DNA of 64,000 nucleotides, from contig JAXLNO010000320.1 in assembly GCA_038087875.1 (NCBI GenBank), positions 186,001 through 250,000 on the forward strand. Direction: 5' to 3'. Positions 26,701 through 39,372 of this stretch are shown here, one piece after another. A program made the position numbers and the translations under genes. Within the stretch, counting starts at the first letter, position 1. Every line of letters starts with the position of its first letter. The DNA comes from Malacoraja senta. Taxonomy: Eukaryota. The notes beneath the pieces are model-generated. The model was not told the DNA's origin and did no database searches. It saw only the letters and a program-made list of their open reading frames with translations.

Positions 26701-28258
26701 TAATCTTACCCAAACCAGCTTCATTTCAACAAGTGACATTAAATGAGGAAGTGCCCACCATAGTTTAAGCTATTCTAAATATCACATATATTCAAATGCA
26801 AATACCCTGAAGACAGCATTTACCTAGGCTTTTTCCAAACAGGCCATCTGCAGCTCACTTTACTTCAGATTGCCAGCATCTCATGAACCCCCTCCACCGT
26901 TAATTTTATATAGTTAAGAATAAAATTTTGGAACAAGCTGGCGGGAATCTGAAATTCAACGGCAACATGCCCACTTAACAAGCTTGAAGATTTGTTTAAT
27001 CTAATGTGTGGGTTGTGTAACGAAGAAAGATCAGACAGGCCAGACTTGTACCACTGAATGCCGAAAGACAACTTAATTCAAGCAAGATCCGAAGGAACTC
27101 AGTGAGTCAGGCAGCATATAATTCAGTCTGAAGGGTCCTGACCCAAAATCCCATGCCCATTCCCTCCACAGATGCTGCCTGACCCACTGAGTTCCTCCAG
27201 CACTATTTTTTTTTGTGCTCAATTCCATTTGTCTCTACAAGATCAGAGGGATCTTGGCAGGGTAGATGCAGAGGGCACATTCCCTCTGCTGGACAATCAA
27301 ACAGCAGGAATGAAACAGAAGGGAGCATTTGAGAGTTGATACTTTGGAACTCTTAAGAGTAGTGGAAATTGAATCTGAACAATTACAGCAGAGGAATGAA
27401 GTGTTATGGAGGACTAGGCAGGAATGCAGACTTGGTTACAATCTGCGATCGTATCAAATGCCAAGCAGCGTAACACTACCGTACACAGATTGTATCATCC
27501 CAATACCAACCATGATCAAGGAAACTGCATGCTCCAAGGAGAAGAATTTGATTTTTGCCAATCTACAACATATATGTTGTCAAATTTGCCATTTTCTTAA
27601 ATACACTATGGGAAATGTTACCGCTATAGTGCTGCCAGTCGGCATTTACCAGTCATACCATCCAAATGCATGATTGCAAGACCGGCTCAAATAAAATGTG
27701 GCCAATTTCAATCCCCTAAAGAGGATGCTGCAGCATTGCCTGGCAAATGACAATATCACTTTTCACATAGTAATTCCAGTGATATCAGATGCAGGAAGAT
27801 TAATTAACAGTCCCAGTGTACTAAACATTAGCAGAGTTAATATGTTTTGTCTGGAATCCGTGTAACACATTGAAGTCTAGGAGTGGCAATTCAAGGACAG
27901 CAGTTCAAAATGAACCAGAGAGGGTGCTGTGTGCAGATGCCACAGCCAAACCTCTTGAAGAATCTGCATTTATACTACAGCATTTGTTACCACCAATTTA
28001 TGTCCTCGGGGTGTTCCAGTACTATTAGTATGAGCACTTGCATGCAGTTAAATTCTACACAGCAATGACTTGACAGTAGAGATAAACATTGACCAGGGAT
28101 AAATTAGTTCAAGTAGTGCTAGGGGATATTTTATGAACAATAAGGGTTGATGTGGTAAATGTGAATCTGATATTGTAAAGTTTGATTTCTGTTCAAATGT
28201 TAATTTCGTTAACCAATTTGTGGTTGATCATTGCAGATAAAGGTTGCATGCTGATAGT

Positions 28259-28377
28259 GTAAGAACTGCAGATGCTGGTTTAAATCGAAGGAAGACATAA
28301 AATGCTGGAGTAACTCAGTGGGTGAGGCAGCATCTCTGGAGCGAAGGAATGGGCAACGTTTCAAGTCGAGACCAGAC
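28259..28377 (-). mobile_element. Short Penelope pLTR insertion
   Basis: 10-bp TSD tgctgatagt (28249-28258 / 28378-28387); starts at a partly deleted hammerhead core. Confidence 0.75.
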
Positions 28378-29755
28378 TGCTGATAGTATGGCTCAGATCA
28401 CAACCAAGATAACCGGTTACCGTGTAGTTCCGACACAAAAAAAACACTGGCCATTTTTCCTACCACCGATATTTAAGATTTTTCAGCAGTACTTCACTCG
28501 GTCTTGGTTAACTCAATTAGACTTTTGCATTTAACAGGGTTAAAGATTTCACTGAAAGACTTCCATAAATTGTCACCTCCAGTTTAAGTGCAGCACTCAT
28601 TTTGATGTGAGATTTTTAAAAGTTTTACAGAGTTGTGTACACCCCAGGCCAGCTATATTGCTAAATTAGTCAAAGAAAACCACAGCTCTAACTTGAACTT
28701 TAATGAGACCATATTGAAGATTAAAATAATGGTTTAAAAAAAACAAATCTCAAGAGGCCAAGGGACACCTAAATTGGTGTACATTAGTTTGGATATTGGT
28801 GTTCACTTTAACAAACCAATCATCTATCAGGATTACGAAGAGGACATAAAGCATGGAGTAACTCAGCAAGTCAGGCAGCATCTGTAGAGAACATGGAGAG
28901 GTGATGTTTAAGGTTAGGACCCTTCTTGGTACCTTTCCACACCTTTGCAATGACAACTCAGGTCAGAGTGCCTGGCGATATTTTTGTAATAATAGACAAG
29001 CCTTTGGTTAAACATCCACTTCAAAGACAGTATCTCCAAAGGCTTGATATTATAAATTTGACATACTCAAATGTCAAATGAAAAAACAGCAATCCAAAAT
29101 GGCAACAATTTCCTAAATTACACGCCAGTTGCAGCTCAAATTTGTCAGTGCTAAAACTAGATCACACCTCCTATGCAGTCAAACATATGCCTCTGCAAAT
29201 GATCTCTCCTGCAAAATTGATCATGCTATACAAAATCAATCCTATAACATCCCTAGAAAATTTGCAACGTCAGTGCGATTAAATCAGTGACGTGGCAGAA
29301 GCTTTGCTCTTTAATGGCTGGAGGACAGAGCTGATCTTCGAAGATGCAGGATGTCGCCCAAATATTTCCCAATTAGAAAAGATAGGAAAATGTTGCAGTC
29401 CACGTATGTGAAACCCACACCCAAGTCATATGACCGACTCGGGACATCCCGCTCCGGAAATTGCCGAGCGCTCACCGCCTCCGCGCTGCAGCACTGTGCC
29501 GCCGTAAACACCCGAGAGCCGCCTCGACAACCACGGAATGAGCCGCAGGGGCCCGAACCGTCGTCGTCGAAGGAGCGGCGGGCGAGAGGGTGCGCCGCAG
29601 GAAGCGACAGCAGCTCCGCCGCCGACTGAGGCGAAGAGACGACATGACAAGTACACAGTCATTCGCGGCCATTTTACCTGCGTAAAGCCCCTTAGCCCAG
29701 GAAGTGCGCGGTCAGCCCAGCCCGGTTCTCCTCCCGCCCCCGAGGCCGCACTTAC

Positions 29756-29831
29756 CGCTGAACACCATGGCGGCCGATGCGCCTATCACCCCGAAGAAGG
29801 GCGAATACTCGGGAGTTTCAGCACTGGACAT
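29756..29831 (-). CDS. ATP6V0C: ATP6V0C exon 1 coding part, 76 bp
   Basis: aaaATGT...G|gtaagt; MSSAETPEYSPFFGVIGASAAMVFS; exons sum to 76+184+205=465 nt = 154 aa + stop. Confidence 0.97.
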
Positions 29832-29972
29832 TTTGTGTCAGGTTTCTAATGGTCGGCTAAGTTGCGGTTCGGTTGTGGTTGCCGTGCTGGTGGGTGGACT
29901 GGCCTGCTGCCCACCGGTTTGTTCGCGTCCGCCGCTGTCACACACTCGCTCCCTCTCGGCTCCGGCTTCGAC

Positions 29973-30017
29973 TAAATATAAACCCCGACAAAATGGCGGC
30001 GCATATGGCCACGTGAC
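29973..30017 (-). promoter_or_regulatory. ATP6V0C core promoter: CLEAR-like E-box, YY1 motif, TATA-like box
   Basis: GTCACGTGGC (minus, 30017-30008); AAAATGGCGGC (29990-30000); TTTATATTTA (minus, 29982-29973). Confidence 0.7.
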
Positions 30018-31084
30018 CGCGCCCGGGGACCGCACCACCGCCGCTGCCCGGGGGTGGGGGTGTACGCACCCGTTCAACACAATTCTCATCTCCCGTGCAC
30101 CGATCTCCCTCGCTACCATCGTCCGATGACAATTGTTCTGCATAGATAATTTCGGGTCTTTCTTGCGCTTGCTATGATGTTTGCCAGCGGGATTGTCTCC
30201 CTTCTTCCCCTCTCTCCCTGGCCGCTGTGCCGGCTGCCGATTGCGGGCGTGGCTGTGAATGAACAGGGCGAGGCGGGAGTGGGAGCCTTGCGGTGCATGC
30301 ATTCGTTGGGGAGCCTTGCATAATGCAGGCGCCGAGTGGTGAATGCAGGAGTGGGAATGCAAGATTCGAGAATACATTAGAGGGGGAAAATACAAGAGTG
30401 GTGGAACCTTGTAGTGAATGCATTAATGGTGGGAGTCTTGCGGTAGGCTATCTTGCAGTAAATGCATTATTTGGGTACCTTACGGTGAATGTAGGCGGGG
30501 CGAGCAGTGAATGCAGCGTTCCTTTCGCCGGTCTGTTTCAGCATGAACATATGCCTCATATCACACCGCTCCACATTTGTGAAGCATCAGATACACAGGC
30601 GGTGAGACTTGGTTGATCGTGCCGGACGGGGTGGGCACACTGCGCTGATATCCACAGTCATCCCGCTCTGACGACATTCAGGACACTCGATCTCAAAAAC
30701 ATAGAAAACAGGTGCAGGAGTAGGCCATTCGGCCCCTCGAACTAGCACCGCTGATTATCGCTGATCATCCAAAATCAGTACCCCGTTCCCCATGTCCCTT
30801 GATTCCCTTAGCCCTAAGAGCTAAATCTAACTCTCTTGACAGTGGCTAGAAATGCCCGCGGTCGGGGCTCCAGCAGTAACCTTGAGTTCACAAGAACAAT
30901 GAAGACAGGCTTGCTCCGCCTGATGCCCACAGTCAACGTTTGTCGCATCTCCCCACTTGAATTTAGTTTGAAGTCAACATATCTTATTCTAGCCGGGTGG
31001 TGTCGGTGGAGTTCTTGTTGTAGGTTGGTTCATCACACGGACACGCCACCCAGTGCGTGGGGAGCACAGTCAGTGGCATCACCG

Positions 31085-31768
31085 GGTGGCGCCGTCTTTT
31101 CGCCTTTTTTGTTATTTTTAATGTGTTATTAAAAGTATGTGTTAACGTTCTCTGGTTTGTTTTATGTGGGAGGGGAGGGGAGGGGGGGGGGTCGGGTCGG
31201 GGGAAACTTTTTAAAATCTCTTACCTTGTCGGAGATGTGATTGTTTTCCGGATCGTATCTCCGGTTGCTCTGTGGCCTAATATCATGGAGATGGCTTGAC
31301 TTTGAGCCCCACCGCGGGGCCGTGGACTTGCCATCGGAGCCTGCGATCCCTTGCCTGGGATCGACGCTCCAACCGCGTCCTGCGGATCTTAACATTGAGG
31401 AGCTCGCTGTCTCGGGTAGAGACTGATGTCGGGAATCTCCAAGCCGCAGGAGGTTCGATCAGCCCCGACTCGGGAGTCAGATCACCCGGCGTGGGGAGCT
31501 GAGGTTCCTCCCCGATGCGGGAGCTTGATCACCCCAACGGAAGGTTCGAGTTCCCGACCGCGGGAGAACAAAGAAGGCAAGAGGATTGAACTTTTTTTGC
31601 CTTTCATCACAGTGAGGAATGTGGGGGAGTCACTGTGGTGGATGTTCATGTTAAAAAAATTATTTGGGTGTCTTGTTGCTCTTTATTGATATGACTGTAT
31701 GGCAATCTGAATTTCACTGTACCTTAATTGGTACATGTGACAATAAACTGAGCTTGAAAATCTTGAAA
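31085..31768 (+). mobile_element. GC-rich non-autonomous structured retroelement, copy 2
   Basis: Same layout; hairpins at 31230-31263 and 31605-31640; Rex1-like tail gaatttcactgtacc...ggtacatgtgacaataaac. Confidence 0.75.
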
Positions 31769-31884
31769 CCATAAGACATGGGAGTGGTATTAGGCCATTC
31801 AGCCCATCAAATCTGCTCTGCCATTCCATCATGGCTGGTTTATTTCCCCCCCTCAACCCCATTCTCCTGCCTTCTCCCTGCAAC

Positions 31885-34327
31885 ATAGGTGCAGGTGTAT
31901 GCGTTCAGCCTTTCAAGCCAGCACCGCCATTCAATATGATCATGGCTGATCATCTAAAATCAGTACCCCGTTCATGCTTTCTCCCCATATCCCTTGATTC
32001 CTTTAGCCCGAAGAGCTAAATCAAACTCTCTCTTAAAAACATCCAGTGAATTGGCCTCCACTGCCTTCTGAGGCAGAGAATTCCACAGATTCACAACTCT
32101 CTGGGTGAAAAAGTTTTTCCTCATCTCAGACCTAAACGGCCTACCCCTTATTCTTAAACTGTGACCCCTGGTTCTGGACTCCCCCAACCGGGAACATTTT
32201 TCCTGCATATAGCCTGGCCAATCCTTTAAGAATTTTATATGTTTCTGTAAGATATCCTCTCATCCTTCTAAATTCCAGTGAATACAAGCCCAGTCGACCC
32301 ATTCTTTCATCATATGTCAGTCCTGCCATCCCGGGAATTAACCCGATGAACCTACACTGCACTCCCTCAATAGCAATAATATCCTTCCTCAAATTGGGAG
32401 ACGAAAAATTGCACACAATAGTCCAGGTGTGATCTCACCAGGGTCCTGTACAACTGCAGTAGGACCTCCTTGCTCCTAAACTCAAATCCTCTCGCAATGA
32501 ACGCCAACATGCCCTTTGCTTTCTTCACTGCCTGCTGTACCTGCATGCTTACTTTCATTGACACCCAGGTCTCATTGCACCTCCCATTTTCCTAATCTGA
32601 CACCATTCAGATAATAATCTACCTAAAGTAGACACAAAATGCTGGAGTAACTCAGTGGGTGAGGCAGCATCTCTGGAGAGAAGGAATGGGCGACGTTTCA
32701 GGTCGAGACCCTTCTTCAGACTGATGGCAGGGGAGGGGGCAGGACAAAGATAGAAGGTAGTCGGAGACAGTAAGACTAGTGGGAGAACTGGGAAGGGGAT
32801 GGAGTCAATGTTCATACAACTGGGGTGTAAACTACCCAAGCGAAATATGAGGTGCTTGGCCTCACTCTGACAATGGAGTAGGCCCAGGACAGAAAGGTCA
32901 GATTGGGAATGGTAGGGGGAGTTGAAGTGCTGAGCCACTGGGAGATCAGGTAGGTTAAGATGACTGAGCAGAGGTGTTCACGATCACCGAGCCTGCACTT
33001 TGTCTCGCCGATGTAGAGAAGTTGACACCTGGAACATCGGATACAGTAGATGAGGTTGTAGGAGGTGCAAATGAATCTCTGCCTCACATGGAAAGATTGC
33101 TTGGGTCCTTGGATGGAGTCGAGGGGGGAGGTAAAGGGATAGGTGTAGGTGTGGTTGCAGGGGAAATTACCCGGGGAAGGGAAGGTTTGGGTGGGAAGGG
33201 ACGAGTTGACCAGAGAGTTTCTGTGGAAAGCAGAAGGGTGGAGATGGGAAAATGTGGCGAGTAGTGTGATCCCGTCGGAGGTGGCGAAAATGTTGGAGGT
33301 TTATATGCTGTATGCGACGGTTGATGGGGTGGAAGGTGAGGACAAGGGGGGCCCTGTCCTTGTTACGAATTGGGGGGAGGGGGAGCAAGAGCGGAGCTGC
33401 GGGATATCGAGGAGACCCTAGTGAGAGCTTCATCTATAATGGAAGAGGGGAACCTCCGTTTCCTAAAGAATTAGGACATTTTCGATGCCCTGGTATGGAA
33501 CACCTCATCCTGGACACAGATGCGGCGTAGAGGGAGGAATTGGGAGTAGGGGATAGAGTCTTTACAGAAAGCAGGGTGGGAAGAAGTGTAGTCAAGGTAG
33601 CTATGGGAATCAGTAGCTTTGTAGTAGATGTGTCGGTCAATAGTCTGTTTCCTGTGATGGAGAAGGTGAGATCTAGAAACGGTAGGGAGATGTCGGAGAT
33701 GGTCCAAGTGAATTTTAGAACAGGATGGAAATTAGTGATGAAGTTGATGAAGTCAGTGAGTTCTGCATGGGTGCAGGAGGTAGCACCAATGAAGTCGTCA
33801 ATGTAGCGGAGGTAGAGTTCGGGGATAGGGCCAGCGTACGACTGGAGCAGGGGTTGGTCGATGTACCCTACAAAGAGGCAGGCATAGCTAGGGCCCATGT
33901 GAGCGCCCATAGCTACACCTTGGATCTATAATAATCTACCTTCATGTTCTTGCCACCAAAGTGGATAACCTCACATTTATCCACATTATACTGCATCTGC
34001 CCACTCACCCAACCTATCCAAGTCACCCTGCAGCCTCATTGCATCCTCCTTGCAGCTCACACTGCCACCCAGCTTTGTGTCATCCACAAACTTTGAGATG
34101 TTACATTTAATTCCCTCGTCTAAATCGTTCATATATATTGTAAATAACTGGGGTTCCAGCATCGAGCCTTGCGGCACCCCACTAGTCACAGCCTAACATT
34201 CTGAAAAGGACCCGTTAATTCCTACTCTCTGCTTCCTGTCTGCCAACCAGTTCTCTATCCATGTCAATACTCTATCCCCAATTCCATGTGCTCTAATTTT
34301 GCACACTAATCTTTTGTGTGGGACCTT
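31885..34327 (-). mobile_element. CR1 LINE fragment split by a Penelope insertion
   Basis: RT/ORF2 motifs on both sides ([27 protein letters not shown]); sequence rejoins across the TSD. Confidence 0.88.
32625..33927 (-). mobile_element. Penelope-like element, 5'-truncated (RT C-term, GIY-YIG, pLTR)
   Basis: MGAHMGPSYACLFVG...YLRYIDD...FLDL; IYCIRC...YIGET; hammerhead core ~32690-32720; 14-bp TSD ataataatctacct (32611-32624 / 33928-33941). Confidence 0.92.
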
Positions 34328-35271
34328 TACCACTCTTGCTAATCAAGAACCCGTCAATCTCCACTTTAAAAATACTCAACCACTTAGCCTCCTCATCCGT
34401 CTGTGGCTATGAATTCCACAGATTCTCCATCCTCTTGCTAAAGAATTTGCTCCTTATATCCTTTCTGAAGTCCTTTTAGTCTGAGGCTGTGTCCTCTGGT
34501 CCTAGACACTCCCACAGGAGGAAACATCAACTCGGTTGTGCTTACATTCTTGTGCAATATCTCATGGCAAAACACAGAACCGAAAAGAGCAGGCCATTCG
34601 GCTTCTCGACTCTGCTGCACCAGGTAACAAGATCATATGTATCCCCCTGTTGCCTGCTTCCTCTGTTCACCAGATCAGCTACCCATATCTTAGTTTAGAG
34701 ATACAGTGTGGAAACAGGCCTTTTAGCCCACAAGGGGCAATTTACAGAGGCCAATTAACCTACAAACCCACACGTCTTTGAGATGTGGGAGGTGTTGAGT
34801 GAATCAAACATACTCACTGATCTGGTACAACAGTATTTATTGAGTAATGCATACAACACACTACAGCATGTAACTTCTACTGTGCAGCAGCACTGACTGG
34901 CAGCATACAGTGGCTTGCAAAAGTATTCATACCCCTTGAACTTTTCCACATTTTGTCACGTTACAACCACAAACGTAAATGTATTTTATTGGGATTTTAT
35001 GTGATAGACCAACACAAAGTGGCGCATAATTGTGAAGTGGAAGGAAAACGATACATGGTTTTCAAATTTTTTTACAAATAAAAAAACTGAAAAGTGTTGC
35101 GTGCAAAAGTATTCAGCCCACTTTACTCTGATACCCCTAAATAAAATCCAGTGCAACCAATTGCCTTCAGAAGTCACCTAATTAGTAAATAGAGTCCACT
35201 TGTGTGTAATCTAATCTCAGTATAAATACAGCTTTTCTGTGAAGGCCTCAGAGGTTTGTTAGAGAACATTA

Positions 35272-36097
35272 TAAGTATACGTATTTTTATTAGTCACATT
35301 CACATACACCCAGGTGTAGTGAAGTGAAATGCGTCTTGCCATTATGCAGTACACAAAAGAAGAGAATACAGACATAACACCAAGATAGTCTTAACACAAA
35401 GAACATCCCCCCACAATGGCTCCCACCATGAGGGAAGGCACAAAGTCCAGTCCCCAACCCCAGTTCACCCGTAGTCGGGCCCATTGAGGCCTCCACAGTT
35501 GCCTCTACGGAGGCCCGATGTTCCAGGCCGTTCTCGCCGGGTGATATTGCTCCGGCGTCGGGAGAGTCCTCCCAGCGGCCTGGGAACCCTGGAACGGCCG
35601 CTTCCGCACTGGGGGCCGCGGCTTCCGAAGCCAACAAGGCCGCGCCGGTTGGAGCTCTACCACTGGCGATCTCATCTAGAGATCCCAGGCTCCCGATGTA
35701 AAGTTCAGCGCCGCAGCTGGTCGCTCCACAGTCCCGCAGCTCCGCGATGTTTTCTCCAGCGATCCTCAGCTCACCGGAGCTCCAGCGCGGCGACCCGGGC
35801 GATAGCGCTCCAGCGCTGTGCCGCCGCTGAAGCCGAGGTTCTGGGCGGTCCCCGACAGGAAACGCCGCTCCAGGCCCACTGGTAGGCCGCGAGGACGGGT
35901 CGAAGCTGCAGCCCGGAGAAAAGCTGCCTCTCCGGCCAGGTAGGGACCCTGAAAGGTAGTTTCCCCCTTCCCCCCCCCCCCCCATACAAAAAAGTCTAGA
36001 CCTCCAAACAAAACACTTAACTAACTAAAATAAAAAATAAAAGATGAAAGGACAGACAGCTGCTGGCTGGGCAGCCGCACACAGGACAGCGCCCCTT
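35272..36097 (-). mobile_element. GC-rich non-autonomous structured retroelement, copy 3 (in the Tc1 5' leader)
   Basis: 6-bp TSD ACATTA (35266-35271 / 36098-36103); hairpins at 35901-35934 and 35409-35434; stem-loop + AATAAA tail. Confidence 0.85.
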
Positions 36098-36119
36098 ACA
36101 TTAGTGAACAAACAGCATC

Positions 36120-37133
36120 ATGAAGCCCAAGGAACACACCAGACAGGTCAGGGATAAAGTTGTTGAGAAGTTTAAAGCAGGGTTAGGTTATAAAAAAAAT
36201 CCCAAGCTTTGAACATCTTACGGAGCACTGTTCAATCCATCATCCGAAAATGGAAAGAGTATGGCACAACTGCAAACCTACCAAGACATGGCCGTCCACC
36301 TAAACTGACAGGCCGGGCAAGGAGAGCATTGATCAGAGAAGCAGCCAAGAGGCCCATGGTAACTCTGGAGGAGCTGCAGAGATCCACAGGTGGGAGAATC
36401 TGTCCACAGGACAACTATTAGTCGTGCACTCCACAAATCGGGCCTTTATGGAAGAGTGGCAAGAAGAAAGCCATTGTTGAAAAAAAGCCATAAGAAGTCC
36501 CGTTTGCAGTTTGCCACAAGCCATGTGGGGGACACAGCAAACATGTGGAGGAAGGTGCTCTGGTCAGATGAGACCAAAATTGAAGTTTTTGGCCTAAATG
36601 CAAAACGCTATGTGTGGCGGAAACCTAACACTGCACATCACCCTGAACACACCATCCCCACTGTGAAACATGGTGGTGGCAGCATCATGCTGTGGGGATG
36701 CTTTTCTTCAGCAGGGACAGGGAAACTGGTCAGAGTTGATGGGAAGATGGATGGAGCCAAATACAGGGCAATCTTGGAAGAAAACCTGTTAGAGTCTGCA
36801 AAAGACTTGAGACTGGGGCGGAGGTTCACCTTCCAGCAGGACAACGACCCTAAACATACAGCCAGAGCTACAATGGAATGGTTTAGATCAACGCATATTC
36901 ATGTGTTAGAATGGCCCAGTCAAAGTCCAGACCTAAATCCAATTGAGAATCTCTGGCAAGACTTGAAAATTGCTGTTCACAGACGCTCTCCATCCAATCT
37001 GACTGAGCTTGAGCTATTTTGCAAAGAAGAATGGGCAAAAATGTCAGTCTCTAGATGTGCAAAGCTGGTAGAGACATACCCCAAAAGACTTGCAGCTGTA
37101 ATTGCAGCAAAAGGTGGTTCTACAAAGTATTGA
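36120..37133 (+). pseudogene. Tc1 transposase with two frameshifts
   Basis: MKPKEHTRQVRDKVVEKFKAGLGYKK; GRPPK; WSDETK; QDNDPKH; SPDLNPIENLW (34 residues D to E); frameshifts near 36199 and 36388. Confidence 0.93.
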
Positions 37134-37424
37134 CTCGGGGGGGCTGAATACTTTTGCACGCCACAATTTTCCGTTTTTTATTTGTAAAAAAATTTGAAAA
37201 CCATGTATCATTTTCCTTCCACTTCACAATTATGCACCACTTTGTGTTGGTCTATCACATAAAATCCCAATAAAATACATTTACGTTTGTGGTTGTAACG
37301 TGACAAAATGTGGAAAAGTTCAAGGGGTATGAAAACTTTTGCAAGCCACTGTATGTCGGGTTGTGATAATATGAATAGTGTGGTAGTAGGCGGAGCTTAT
37401 AATAATAAAGCATTACATTGGTTA

Positions 37425-39209
37425 ACCATATAACCATATAACCATTACAGCACGGAAACAAGCCATCTCGGCCCTTCAAGTCCGTGCCGAACATTTTTTT
37501 TATTTTTTTTATTTTAAAAAATAAATACTTCCCCCTAGTCCCATCTACCTGCACTCAGACCATAACCCTCCATTCCTTTCCCGTCCATATACCCATCCCA
37601 TCTATTTTTAAAGGATAAAATCGAACCAGCCTCCACCACTTTCACTGGAAGCTCATTCCACACAGCTACCACTCTCTGAGTAAAGAAGTTCCCCCTAATG
37701 TTACCCCTAAACTTCTGTCCCTTAATTCTCAAGTCATGTCCCCTTGTTTGAATCTTCCCTACTCTCAATGGAAAAAGCTTATCCACGTCAACTCTGTCTA
37801 ACCCGCTCATAATTTTAAAGACCTCTATCAAGTCCCCTCTTAACCTTCTGCGCTCCAAAGAATAAAGACCTAACTTGTTCAACCTTTCTCTGTAACTTAG
37901 TTGCTGAAACCCAGGCAACATTCTAGTAAATCTCCTCTGTACTCTTTCTATTTTGTTGACATCCTTCCTATAATTAGGCGACCAAAATTGTACTCCATAC
38001 TCCAGAATTGGCCTCACCAATGCCTTGTACAATTTTAACATTACATCCCAACTTCTATATTCAATGCTCTGATTTATAAAGGCCAGCACCCCAAAAGCTT
38101 TCTTTACCACCCTATCTACATGAGATTCCACCTTCAGGGAACTATGCACAGTTATTCCTAGATCCCTCTGTTCAACTGCATTCCTCAATTCTCTACCGTT
38201 TACCATGTACGTCCTATTTTGATTTGTCCTGCCGAGATGTAGTACCTCACATTTATCAGCATTAAACTCCATCTGCCATCTTTCAGCCCACTCTTCCAAA
38301 TGGCCTAAATCTCTCTGTAGACTTTGAAAATCTACTTCATTATCCACCACACCACCTATCTTAGTATCATCTGCATACTTACTAATCCAATTTTCCACAC
38401 CATCATCCAGATCATTGATGTACATGACAAACAACAGTGGACCCAACACAGACCCCTGAGGCACCCCACTAGTCACCGGCCTCCAACCTGACAAACAGCC
38501 ATCCACCATTACTCTCTGGCATCTCCCATTCAGCCACTGTTGAATCCATCTTGCTACTCCACCATTAATACCCAACAATTTAATCTTCTTAACCAACCTT
38601 CCATGAGGAACCTTGTCAAAGGCCTTACTGAAGTACATATAGACAACATCCACTGCTTTACCCTCATCAATTTCCCTAGTAACCTCTTCGAAAAATTCTA
38701 GAAGATTAGTCAAACATGACCTTCCAGGCACAAATCCATGTTGACTGTTCCTAATCAGACCCTGCTTATCCAGATGCTTATATATATTATCTTTAAGTAT
38801 CCTTTCCATTAATTTGCCCACCACTGACGTCAAACTAACAGGTCTATAATTGCTAGGATTACTCTTAGAACCCTTTTTAAACAACGGAACAACATGCGCA
38901 GTACGCCAATCCTCCGGCACCATTCCCGTTTCTAATGACATTTGAAATATTTCTGTCATAGCCCCTGCTATTTCTACACTAACTTCCCTCAATGTCCTCG
39001 GGAATATCCTGTCAGGACCTGGAGACTTATCCGTTTTCATATTTTTCAAAAGTGTCCGCACCTCCTCTTCTTTGAATCTCATAGTTTCCATTGCTACTCT
39101 GCTTGTTTCCCTTACCTCACCTAATTCCATATCCTTCTCCTTGGTGAATACCGAAGAAAAGAAATTGTTCAATATCTCCCCCATCTCTTTTGGCTCTGCA
39201 GATATTTAC
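37425..39209 (-). mobile_element. Young 5'-truncated CR1 inserted in the Gypsy LTR
   Basis: Uninterrupted 549-aa ORF2 part (37535-39184) with YADD; (ATGGTTAT)n tail; duplication TGGTTA at 37419-37424 / 39210-39215. Confidence 0.94.
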
Positions 39210-39372
39210 TGGTTAGTAAGTAAAGTAACCAATCTACATTTTTCCTTGTAAGAATAAAAAGTGAAACACATCTAAAATAAAGTGATATATATGAATAAGC
39301 ACATTATTAGGTGCTGACTGATTAATACAGTAACCGAAACGCTAATAGCGCATACAGGGAAGTACGGATGGT

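Larger units (their letters stand above)
29430..30350. promoter_or_regulatory. CpG island over the ATP6V0C promoter and exon 1
   Basis: Dense CpG and high GC relative to the AT-rich intron 1. Confidence 0.85.
34908..37351 (+). mobile_element. Tc1 IR/DR DNA transposon (Passport/Eagle-like)
   Basis: TA TSD; ~210-bp TIRs starting CAGTGGCTTGCAAAAG with inner DR gcaaaagtattca; DD34E transposase. Confidence 0.96.
34793..39238 (-). repeat. Gypsy 3' LTR in three pieces (34793-34907, 37352-37424, 39210-39238)
   Basis: Pieces rejoin to match the LTR at 44465-44665 with ~5 substitutions and one 8-bp indel. Confidence 0.93.

Noticed and set aside
29351..30423. Multiple overlapping ORFs at the ATP6V0C CpG island, suggesting a divergent gene
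   Set aside because: GC-driven open frames with no recognisable protein or splice structure on the + strand
35290..35985. 231-aa ORF, and overlapping ORFs at 23182-23587, 31241-31689 and 42656-43236
   Set aside because: They lie in the GC-rich retroelement copies; open frames occur on both strands and share no protein similarity between copies, as expected from GC content alone
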